Shown: in pieces, positions 40,106-51,397 of the stretch | Numbering within the stretch: the first letter of the stretch is position 1 | Layout: each line of letters starts with the position of its first letter | Assembly (NCBI GenBank): GCA_002633005.1 | Contig: NMRA01000100.1 | Span: 827,822-891,821, forward strand | Direction: 5' to 3' | Source: Phoronis australis | Taxonomy: Eukaryota; Animalia; Phoronida | DNA length: 64,000 nt | Position numbers and translations under genes: made by a program | The notes under the pieces: generated by a model | Told to the model about the DNA's origin: nothing | Databases searched by the model: none | Seen by the model: the letters and a program-made list of their open reading frames with translations, nothing else

Positions 40106-40738
40106 CTATGATGAAGAGAAATTACTAAAAACAAAATATTCCCGCGGCACTTTGTGTCTAGGATAAACAGATGAGTAAAAACGTATAATTACCTTCATGA
40201 AATTGTAGATCTCCAAATAAACCTTGACAAGTGGAAAAGACCACTTCTTACCAATCTTTAAAATGCCCGTGGGCCATGCATGAACTTTCCATTTATGTGA
40301 TTCAGCCTCCTACTGTGCCTCATGTCCATGACATCAGAATTAACAGAAAAGGTAAATAGCTACTAAATGTTTCCATACCCAATAATCTTCGTAACTACAT
40401 CCACTTGACATCTTTGAACAGAATATTCCAATTATTTTTGACAGGTATTATTAATTGCTGATTATGATCAAATGAATTGTTTTGATGTTTGCATAACTTC
40501 ACAACTGCACAGAACTGACAACAAAATTTGAGTGTTGTTGAATCAAAAATTTTAAAAATAGACCGATTATTCCAATGACAATGTTTCGTTTCAACCACTC
40601 TTTAAAGAGCTATTCCGCACGTTCTCACAGATCGTCACTCTACTACGAGTTCGAGTTGTGATGCTTGCGGAAAATAAATTCTAAAACTAAAATTCCTCCA
40701 TACATTTATTAAATTCATTTGGAAACTGAGACACTCAC

Positions 40739-40771
40739 CACGAAACGTCTACCCCTGTCTCCGTTCGCCAT
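40739..40771 (-). CDS. KIF26: KIF26A/B-like kinesin-11, coding exon 1 (MANGDRGRRFV)
   Basis: ATG at 40771 (tccATGG) in a CpG-rich zone, 33 nt, followed by donor GTG|gtgagt. Phase 0 joins the exon starting at 40105. Confidence 0.75.
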
Positions 40772-41110
40772 GGAAATGAAATGTGATCCAGCGGCAGCGT
40801 CTCTCGCAGAGTTCCGAGCAGACGACTCGTCGCAGACGGTCGAGTCTAAAGCCGGTCCGTCCATTTGAAATTCTGCAAAAAAACGGGGTGATAGGGTTAT
40901 AATGGCTCATATACGATAATGGGCCACTTGTGGTCGTTGTGTTCACTACGCGCGGTAAATCAAATTTAAGTAGATTAAGTAGATTTACTTTTCCTCGTAA
41001 AGTAAACAAACTGACGACCAACCATGCCCAGTTGGTTGGGACACGTGCTCGCAAAGAGTAAAGAATGTTATCACGAGATGGCGCTTTGTATGATAGTAAA
41101 CAGCCACGGG
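40772..41110 (-). promoter_or_regulatory. KIF26 5'UTR and main promoter
   Basis: CpG-dense segment directly upstream of exon 1, TATA-like TTATAA near 40900, CTCF-like TCACGAGATGGCGCT at 41071-41085. Confidence 0.6.
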
Positions 41111-41481
41111 CGAACGAAAAAAAAATACCCCGACCTAAGTTTTATGCATACTCTGTTAATTATTAAAATGTGTGCAATAATCGTATCTTAGATTTAAGAC
41201 ATTAACCTTGTTTCACGTTTCGAATTAATTTCACAAATGTTAAAACAACCGAGATGTATTGAAACCAATAAATTTGCGGTGGACCCTGCGGCTATTACCA
41301 CAGAAACACTAAGAATTTGATAAAAATATGTGACTCAACAGTTACTCGCGCTAATTGGAATAATTCGAGGTCAACCAACACATGTCCGTCCACTTTGCCA
41401 ATTAAAAATTTTTCTAGTTGTACAGTTTTGTTAACTTCGCGTTGCTTGCATATTTAGTATAGGGACAATCCTAAATTTAGA

Positions 41482-41660
41482 GGAGACAGTGTGGCCTAGT
41501 GTGATAGGTGCCCGCCTTCTTAACTCGGGATCGTGGGTTTCAGTCCAACTGGTCCACACTGCTAGACTCTTGAATCAGATTTCTAGCTACTCAGCTCGGT
41601 CTTAAGTATATATTAATAACGCGCAAAAATAGCTCCAGGTTATTATTGCAATGGACCCAC
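41482..41660 (+). mobile_element. tRNA-derived SINE, decayed
   Basis: gacagtgTGGCCTAGTG A box, degenerate B box GGTTTCAGTCC, shared block ctcagctcggtctta. Confidence 0.6.
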
Positions 41661-42725
41661 ATGCGCGGCCTGCGCACGTCTGGTACAACACGTACCAGAC
41701 CGCCTGCAATTATTTTTTTATTATTATTATTCTAAATTTGTAGAACGTGGTCCTTTCATGGCAGGTTTCCTTTTAATTCCTTCGACAGTAAAACCCTATT
41801 GCCATTATGGCAAGGGACATTTTGAGACAAATATGTGAAAGCTTATGTGGTAATTTCAGCGATTAGGACATGAATTTTATTTATATGGGCCTTTAATTTT
41901 AAAACCATCTTTCAGAAATGGGAAACCGCTATGAACAATTTATTTTGCAATTTTTACTAGTGTTTTTCTCAAGACTATTTTCTTCACCGTAAGACAAAAT
42001 TCCACTAGGTATAAGTTTCAAATTGTTTCTGAATACATTAGAAGAAGAAATACATCGACAATATCTTCCTGACAGCAATATGAATTATTTTCGCTTTCTC
42101 AAAATTCATTTGAAATTACAAACAAATCTTTTACTTTTTGGATGACTAATTTGTGGCGGGGACATTTTCATATGTTGGTTTGCGTTTTTCGGAGCACTTT
42201 ATTTGTAACACAAACCGCACGTTTTTTGTTCCCAAAAATCTTGAAATTTCAATTAACTTTGTTTTTGTAACAGTCCTCAGGCTAACCGAACTTGACAGAA
42301 TCAGTTTAATGAATGAGACGAACGAGTATTTTAGCAGGCGTGTGTCGTTTCAAACACACAGGTTAAAAATAAGTCGCAGGTGGCCAGAATAGTTAAAGCA
42401 TCGTTTGTGTATTTTTTCAAAAAACAAAGATGAATCGATTTTATTTTGTTTTTAGGACCCACTGCTATAAACGATGACCGGTCATCTGGTCGCCGGGCCA
42501 AGTAGAGTTATTTTATTGACAGTCGAATAGACCATGGATACAGAGAGTTATAGCTACAGTTTCATATTATTCTACAACCTCAGTAAAGAGGTGCATTTAA
42601 CAGAAAAAGACATTTCAAGGTTTAGGGATATCGAGATTTTCATCTTGTACCTCTTTTTGTTCAGCACTCAAAGAAAAACGAAGAACTAAGAACAATTTGA
42701 GTACAATAATTTGGTTGGGCCTAAT

Positions 42726-42988
42726 TCAAGCTTCCCGCACAATAGCCCTGTCGCACTCAACAACATAGCTCAAGCTTCCCGCACAATAGCCCTGTCGCAC
42801 TCAACAACATAGCTCAAGCTTCCCGCACAGTAGCCCTGTCGCACTCAAAACATAGCTCAAGCTTCCCGCACAATAGCCCTGTCGCACTCAAAACATAGCT
42901 CAAGCTTCCCGCACAATAGCCCTGTCGCACTCAAAACATAGCTCAAGCTTCCCGCACAATAGCGCTGTCGCACCCAAAAACATGGCTC
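42726..42988. repeat. 43-44-bp minisatellite, 6 copies
   Basis: tcaagcttcccgcacaatagccctgtcgcactcaa(c)aacatagc at 42726, 42770, 42814, 42857, 42900 and 42943; the last copy is degenerate. Confidence 0.97.
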
Positions 42989-43107
42989 TTCTCATGGCTC
43001 GACGGTCCGATAAACTCAGTTCAGGACACAAACTCGAGCCCGGACCCACAAACACGGCCCATAAGGACCATGCATAAAGCACCAAACGGGCAGTGGCCTG
43101 AGAACTA

Positions 43108-43404
43108 TGAAGCGCCAAAGGGTTCTTGAACGAGTACCTTTCAGCTTGTTGAAATGTGTTTAATCAACGCGTGGTTTTGCTTAACGTCACAGCAATAATT
43201 GCAATAAGCAATAAGGCGCGTTGAATAAATAAAACTACGCGTTGATTACGCAAAAATGCGCGTTGAATAAGAGCAGAACGATGATCATTTAAGAACCGAA
43301 AGAACGCCTTGCTTAAGCACATTTCAACGCAAAGAAAGATACTCGTTTAAGAACCCTTTGGCACTTCAGAAAGGTACACGTTTAAGAAACATTTGGCGCT
43401 GATA
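43108..43404. mobile_element. Foldback MITE with a tandemly duplicated right terminus
   Basis: Left arm gaagcgccaaagggttcttgaacgagtacctttc pairs with gaaagatactcgtttaagaaccctttggcacttc (ends 43367) and again with gaaaggtacacgtttaagaaacatttggcgct (ends 43400). Confidence 0.8.
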
Positions 43405-43455
43405 GGGCGCCAACGTATCAGCACAGGATTTTAAATACACCTTAGGTTCAGTGCA

Positions 43456-43634
43456 GACGAGGAGCTATGAGCTCAGCTGGCTGCCTCGAATGACGGTTAA
43501 AGGAGCACACACTGGCACGTGGCTCACGTCAAGGCGTGAAAATGGTACAGTTTCAACTGCATGGACCAGCCGTCATCTGTGTGCATAGGCTAACGTCCAA
43601 ACGAGGTAGTCAGCTGAGTTGCAAGCTATTCGTC
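43456..43634. mobile_element. Foldback/MITE-like inverted repeat
   Basis: gacgaggagctatgagctcagctggctgcctcg pairs imperfectly with cgaggtagtcagctgagttgcaagctattcgtc. Confidence 0.65.
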
Positions 43635-45734
43635 ACTACGTTCATGTGATAGTTTTTCGTTTAAGTCGACTTTCCTAAGTTTTGGGCTTCCGAAACTTTG
43701 CGTCCAATAATCGCGGGAGAGGCAACACATAAATATTGATTATAAAATGTTCAAATTGCAATTCTCATTGAGCACATCACTTTGTTTAGTGTTTGCAAAC
43801 GTTTCAAATACTAATTGCATGGAAACTTTTTCAACTGTATAATAGCGAGCATTCTTTGAACTAGATCACATCAGAGTAACATATTCGACCATAAATTGTT
43901 CCACAAATTTCTCTACTTCGGTAGTATCATGTGAGTACGTACTGATTTCAAAGTGTACAAATACCGTTTTTATTTTTTATTCTTGTAAACAGAAAACACG
44001 TGACATCGTTAGTTGTGCGCACATTGTACTTTCCTAGAGATAATAATTTGTTTTCAACTTAATTTATCAATGCAAGGGTATATCTATGGTTCAAATTTAG
44101 AAGATGCACTCGGGACTAGTACCGAGTACATCAGTATAATTAAAGTTCTTAAATATTTCAAGTTATATGATGAAAAACTAAGCTACCCAGTGTGCACCAG
44201 CGAAGCGATACCCGAAACCAGCGTTTTAATACTAAGTCACGACGAGTAGACGCTTATAAGTTGAAAAAGGTACTGCGTCTACATACATGTGCGTCTATGC
44301 ACCACTACACCACTGCAAACGCGGAGCCAGACTCGCGAAATACGGCACACCGGTTCACGGGCTCCTAAACTGGTGTCCGAACTCACCGAGGAAGACCGTG
44401 GTGGTGCACGTTCTCTATGTCTGCGCACCGTGCTGGGTGGTCGGTGAACACATGCGTGTTCGTGGGTTCCAACGATAAGAAAAGGGGGAATCTTGAATAC
44501 GAAAGTAAAAAGCCCTACCTGTAAAGTGGAACCAAACTGACCGTCACCCACTAGTAATTTGTTGTGTTTGGTGCCGGGTGTTTATTCTGAACTTAAGTAT
44601 GCTGCAAACGTGTCAATAGCTTTATGGAATTTCACACTAATAACGCACGCTCAACATTCTTTCCAATTTTATTGACACCTGAGAACAACGTCTACATAGA
44701 ACCAGTGCGTCACACGATTTATGATTGTATGTGGTCAATTTCCCGTTCTTCCCCTTTTCGACATTTTTTTATTTTTCACAGCCAAAAATGGTTACCGCTA
44801 AATATTTTTTCTTTTTAAACGGACTTTATATCCTGGTCTGCAAATAAGAAATCGATTTCTAGATATTTCAACAGTCTTATCTTAGTGAAATTCCAAAGCG
44901 GAGTGTTACAGAGTTCATAACTCGAGCTGAACTAACAAGCACTTGCTTTATGATAACTCATAAAGACGACATGCTTGTTTGTTATCAAAAATATAAAATT
45001 TACTCACGTCACATTTGAACTGACGCGAGGTCTTTGCTCTGAGATATCCTGATATACCTTGCATACCTAAGTTACTGTGACAACAAAAAGGGCACGGAAC
45101 AATTTTCGCCATTTTCCGTAGGAAGACCGGTAGTAATACTTCACGTCATTGTTTTCGTAGCAGGGTGTGAACCTAGCGTGCGTTCCATAAACGCGAGAAC
45201 CTGGTAAAACTCAAGAGCACGAAAAACTTCGCTAGATATCGCCAAGTATTACATTTAATTGCAAAGCGAAGCACGTGATTACACTACTCCTCCGCCAGAA
45301 TTCTGCGTTTATGAAACTCAACGCAGAGTCAAGTTTGCGTGGGAAAAGCACTGTAAGCCCCATACGACAAATAACTGTGAACAGTGAGGACCGCCAACAT
45401 CAAGTTATTATAATAATATATAATAATATATAATTTAGTTTAAATTGCATGTTCATCAGCGATTACATAACCACTGCACAGAACAAATTATACATCGATA
45501 TACACAAATTATACAAATATATATACAACACACAGAATACAATATAAGTTTTAAATAAAATTGTAACAAATAAAATTGTAACCCTAATGAAAAACAACTA
45601 CGAAGCAAAAGACAATGCTCAAGGGCCCGGCAGCTCCACCAGTTATAGGCCACGACTACCGACAATACAAAGCCAAAAGTATTCAACGGAGACGATATAT
45701 CTGAGACTCGGAGGGCAAAATATCGATCACAGTA

Positions 45735-45978
45735 CATGCGCGCACCCAGCCTAAAAAAATGGGGGCTCGAATTTTTGAGAATATGGGGTGCGTTCAGAGC
45801 CATGAATTGTGCATACGCCGAATTTTGGTAGTTCCTGATTTTTTAGTGGACTTTTGTCTAGTTTTCTACTTTTTTCGGAGTTTTTGTTCCTCGGAGGCGG
45901 ACCTTTTTGCCAACTTCGCCAAATGAGAGGGGGTTCGTTTGAGCACGCCCCAGCCCCCCCCCCTCGGGTGCGCGCATG
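45735..45978. mobile_element. MITE with 5-bp TSD (CAGTA)
   Basis: cagta|CATGCGCGCACCC...GGGTGCGCGCATG|cagta: perfect 13-bp TIR and perfect TSD. Confidence 0.9.
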
Positions 45979-47619
45979 CAGTAGGCAACAAGACAACACG
46001 TAACACCTCCCACGGGAGAGTCTCCCTCTCCACAATGATGCTCTTGTAATTGTTATTATTCTACTGTTTATCAAGGAAAAGACGTGCATTTCAATTTCGT
46101 GCCCAATCGTTTCGCGTAGGTGTAGAATAGACGTCACAAAAACGTATTTAAGTTTGTTGAGTAAAAAGTTATGCCACATCGTCAGCCGCCGTAAGCAGTG
46201 TAGGGCCACGTGCCCCAATGATTTCCCGCGAAATGTTTCACACGACAGAGAATTTGAATAGATATATTTTCAACGACCTTGACTAAGTATGTCTAGTATT
46301 CACTGAAAAATTTATACTTTTCCGGCAAGCATCAACACAAGTGGAGGGCCACCCGCGCTCTACACACAAAAAGTGCATGGCCCTTCGAAAATTGTGGTTG
46401 CCCGCTCACCCCTCCTTGAGACACGCTAGACCTGCTAGTGATCAAGTGCAAACTATTTACGAAACACTTTATGCTTTTCAAAAGAACAAGAAAGTTGGTA
46501 CTCCACTAACGTAGCAAAATTGTTGCATATTTATGGTTCAGGGGCGTGCTTATACTGTCCGCGCCTCAATCTACGCGAGATTACTATTTAATTTTGGAGA
46601 CCAATACACGTAGCTCATTTTCTTTTCACTTGCGAGAAGTACCCCCAAGGTGTGGGTAGCTGAACTTTTACAAGTTGATCAACTTTCCTGGATAATCTGG
46701 GAGTATTCAGTTTTTGCGAATTCTACTAGATGAAGAGTGACGTCTCCAATATTTCCAGGAGTTTATCTTGATTGTTGTGATATATTTGATTTTGAAAAAC
46801 TTTTCCCTAAACATCGTGTGACATTGACATACATACAGGGCGTCTGGATATTCATGCGATCCCATTATTGAACTGGGTTTAGTTTTTTGAAATCCATGCG
46901 ACCATTAAGTTCCAATTTTTTGAAAATTTTATGCTCCCTGTGGCCATGAAACTTCAGCACTGTGAATAATATGTGACTTAGAAGACTCGATTCGGGAAGT
47001 CGCCATCTCGTGCTGAAAACATAAGCAGTTTTAGATAACTATCAAATTTTAATGCAATTCCGGTATAGCAACGACCACCAAGCGCAATTGTGGCATTCAA
47101 TTCCAAATGTGCCAGAATACTAAAGTGCGCGAGTTTACAAAAGCATATTGTACTATTAATCGCTGTTAAAAAGCGATTCTTTTTGTCCTGTATAACTTCG
47201 ACACGACTGTAGGTCAAATCACGTCCCCAAATGTTCAGGTAATTACCAGTCCAACGTTCATAAGACACCTGTACACACAATTACATATTCACATTGCCGA
47301 CTAAATCACATTAAATTCGTGTTAACTTAGATCTCAAGTTATAAAGATTAGATTAGGCTGAGTATCTCCCGTAAAGAAATTACACGAACCAAGTCCGTGA
47401 ATTCTCACGTTTCTCTGTTCGCAAGCAACTTTTAAACTCAAGTTTTAAACGTCGCCTCCGTGCTTGACTTCAGAGCATTTGAAATGAAAAGAAAATTTGA
47501 AGATCCGTGACACCACCTGAAAATGCCAAATTATTCATGCAGAATGAAAACCCTTAATTTCTAAGGCAGTCAGTCAAAGTTACAGCAACGTGTGCGAATC
47601 CAGTCGAAAATTATGAGTC

Positions 47620-47838
47620 CACTGCTTGCGAAAAAAATATACGAGCACAAAAATCGCTTTCACATTACATCCAGGTTCTCATTCACTCCCTTGCATACTT
47701 TCACTACTAAGACCGAGCTGAGAGGAGTAGGAGATACTTTTGTGCAATGCTCGACTGTCTACCAGTAAAGCTTGAGGATTCGAGCCCTGGTATCCCAAGT
47801 GGAAGTCCGGAGCTCAAACCACAGAAGCCACACTGTCA
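47620..47838 (-). mobile_element. tRNA-derived SINE
   Basis: Head gacagtgTGGCTTCTGTGG (A box) and GGCTCGAATCC (B box). The body shares ctcagctcggtctta with ~41590 and tgcaagggag.gaatgag.acctgg with ~24097. Confidence 0.7.
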
Positions 47839-50800
47839 GTACTGCTTGTATCGTTTTGCTCGTTTCCAAAGTAAGACTTTGGTGGGTTTTCTGTTTCAGC
47901 ATTTTCAGTTGTCAAGTTTCACCATCTTAAAATAAGGAGATGAGCAAAGTTGTCTACGATGCAGTCGTTACGTTCTAAAATCCAGATATCAAAGGATTTT
48001 TGAAAAGATGCCAAAATCCCAGGGTCACTACAGTATAAGTCTAGACTGCTCCTTTAAATTTAGAATTTACCGTCTACTCTTTTAGAGAATTACCATCATT
48101 AAACTTTACTTTTATGGTGAAATTTTATGAAAAGTCACACTTTCCAAGAGTCGCGTAACAACTCCAGAAAAATGTAAAACTGTAACCCTCACGAACTATT
48201 GGACATGAAGTGCTTATAGAATCTGTAGTGGAACAAACGTGTTAAGTTTTTAAACACCCAAAATGAAACATTTGGTAAGGAATTTAGGCCGGAAAAAAGG
48301 AAACATTTCGCAGGAACTGTCACGAAAAAGCTAGTTCTCTGCACAGCACGCGCTGTTTGCCAAATTCCTCTTCCGGGAAGCGGTATCCGCTCACTTAGGT
48401 TAACAGTTAATATGAGTTACTAGAACTGAGATTTGTTTCCCCTAATACTAAGTATGCATTGCATATTTGTTAAGTTTCTTGTTTCGACGACCAAGTTACA
48501 TTACCTTGCTATGTCACACACTGCTTCGTAATCTCAGTTTGAAGGAGATCCGTGAAGGGCTGGCATAACGTGCCCAATGCAAAGTGATATAAACTTATGG
48601 AACGCTTGCCTTTTATCTGCCATAAAGTTAGAATAGCGATAACGGACAAGGAAAGGGTCGATAGACTGTAATCAGGCAGGCAGTTGCCCCGATGAGTTTT
48701 ATAGGGACATTATTTGGCTTACTACCGAAAAGCGCATTTCCGTGATTACGTATTCTTGGATGGGATGTATGGACTACTTGAAGATACGAACTTTGATCAA
48801 AGCTGTTAAACAACAAACTCTGTTGTGTTTTTTACAAGACATTCTCTGGAATCAAGGCCGGAGACTAAAATATACTGTCATTTATCGAATAGGATTTAGC
48901 TAAGCAAGCAAAGCGTTAAACTGACTTAGGGGTCCCATGTTCGATTCCGCGCTGACAATAATTTCAGAAAATCCCTCTTCTCGCCGATAATGTCTCTTTA
49001 CTGAACGCATTGCATCGTTTTCATGGCTTTGAAGTAAAGGTAAGAATTGCGTAAAAAATCCATTTTTGGCGCCTAGATTCTCAGCCCGAGAAACTAGTTT
49101 CAAAGCACATTGAAATACATGAAAACAATTCAGGCTGTTGTTTACACAAGTCGCCACGCGATACTGCTACAGCATCGCGTGAAAATGAGATACGGAAGAG
49201 CGACTTTTTGTATTTTTGGTGTCATGGTCACAGTTCATCATTTGCAATGATCGTAGCCGGTTCAAATAAACGTAGTGGACAAAGATATGTAATGACTCGG
49301 TTGTAGTTAACGCCATATACTGTTAATATTCGATTTCATAACAACATCACTAAACAAATATAATTTTGTTGCTTGCATTTCTTTTGCACAAATACATAAT
49401 GACGTTTATGATAACATCAGCAACACCAAATCTCAACAATTATTCATTTCTTTCGTACCTTTTTGTACAACTGGATTAAACTCTAAGTCATGGTATGCCT
49501 TATAAAAAAGACATCCCATTCAACGTTGTTACCATTTTGAACATTTTCCTTATTAGGTGAAATTCGTGGCGAAGTATTTTCCCGTTTGCTATACCGTATC
49601 TTTGTTCAAGCAACCTTCAAGCACGACTTCTTTCAATACACAAAAGGGTCCGTCTTACAAATATCCAAATACTGTATGACAGTGACACAGAATAGCGTAG
49701 CAAAAACACATCATGAAAAACAAATCTCAAGCATTTTCAGAAATTTTTCATAGCTTTCCCTTTTCACCTCCTCCTAATTTTTGTATATATTTTGAGTTAC
49801 GTGTAACAGAACACCTTCATCTCACATGCGATTTTCTACAATTATATAAAGTTACTGGAAAATTCTATCTTGCACTACATAATTAGTTATATAAAAGAAA
49901 TCAAAACAACTCAGTAGAGTTTACCAACAGACTTGACGTGTCACAGGACCTGTTTTAAGTTATCTTCGACGTTGTTTTTCCGTTGATGAATTCGCCGACT
50001 TAATTGCGCTAATACCAGATGGGTAAAATGTCATCGGCAACCATCAAACTAGTTTTAACAGATGAAATTCAACTTTGCACTTGTTAACGATTTCTCTGTC
50101 TGCTACTAGGAGTCATGTGCACGAGTGGTTCGCAAATAAATCGAACCGGCGACTTCTCGTGTAATCCCGAGAGCNCGTGTCGCCAGATATTGAAAGGGGG
50201 TTTTCAGGTATCTTCTCGGGTGGGTATTTGGCTTTCTGTTATCGCCGGTAGTAGCATCATTTGAAATTGTCTAGTATTCATTGACCAATTTTCTCGAATT
50301 CTAGGAATACGAACTAGGCACCCCTTAGAATTATTTCGAAGACTAGAGTAAACTGGCCGTATTGGCGCCATATTGAGTTGACACTGTATGGATATTATGC
50401 TGCATGAGGGACGCCTGTCCGTTCACTTTTCCTGTTCAAATTGAAATGCAAATACATTGGCAACAACTTCAAAGTATTCTGATCCATCTCAGAATGACAT
50501 CTCTAGTTGGTTGATAAACCTCACTTCCAACTTTGCGGAAAATCGAAAATGGCAAAGTATCACTCGGTTCCACATCGTGTCAAGTGGGATTTTTACGAAT
50601 TTCTCCTCAACGGATTTCGATCTTATAGCTACCGGTGGCATCTATGTTACACGTAATGCCCCAATAGCTGTTGAAATCACGCGCAAGTAGGATGCGCTAT
50701 TTAATTGAGCCTTTCACTCCCATGAAATCGGTATGATGGTAGGCCTGACAGGACTCCATTTCCGTTACCAACAAGAACGTCATGAAAACCATCAGCCACT

Positions 50801-51149
50801 CAAGAAAATGCCTCTGGCGTTTATTGGTGTTGGCCAATCCTAAAGTTGCGAATTCGAAAATGATGTACGTATGCCTTGCTTGTGACTTGAGTTCGTAATG
50901 GAAAGAATACTATCAGGGTAAGAAGCATTGCGAGACTGATTTGATGAGAGTAAAAGGTTTATTCATTTTCGCCGTTTTTAAGCCAAGTGAACAGGGCGAA
51001 ATGAAGCAACCAGAGTTTACAAACGCCTCCGTCGTACTACAAGTACTGGACTAGCATGCTACACCAAATGCTGTATTCGTTGGCTCGGCAATCACGTGCG
51101 ATCACCACGAGCGATCAGAGCCGAACAACAAATCACGTCACTGGACTGA

Positions 51150-51397
51150 TTACTCCCTCTTTGCGGGTGCCAGGTCTGCTAATTCCCACCCCCTTTTGAG
51201 GGATAGATTTTTCTGCCTCACCCCCTTTTGCGGGGCTGAAGGCAATGCAGTGAGCCTTTTGCAGATACAAAGTGAAAATTTAGGGGCTTTTTGGACACCG
51301 CGCGTGTCCCGCAAAACTTGGTGAAAAAGTACCGCTTACCCGCAATTTTTGGTACACGCCTTCGGGCACCTTGTCAGTATGAGAGACCCCCCCCAGG
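51150..51397. mobile_element. GC-rich repeat fragment ending in gagaccccccccagg
   Basis: Internal repeated cacccccttttg. The terminus is complementary in style to cccagggggggtgctc at ~55665. Confidence 0.4.

Noticed and set aside
39621-40166. 181-aa plus-strand ORF with GGRPPGV repeats
   Set aside because: Antisense shadow of the GC-rich repetitive KIF26 exon 2, with no independent support.
42726-42988. Regular arrays here and at 14340-14607 as possible CRISPR arrays
   Set aside because: Head-to-tail units with no unique spacers, no cas genes, and a eukaryotic context.
49155-49181. GC hairpin cacgcgat...atcgcgtg as a Helitron 3' end
   Set aside because: No downstream CTRR terminus and no other Helitron evidence.
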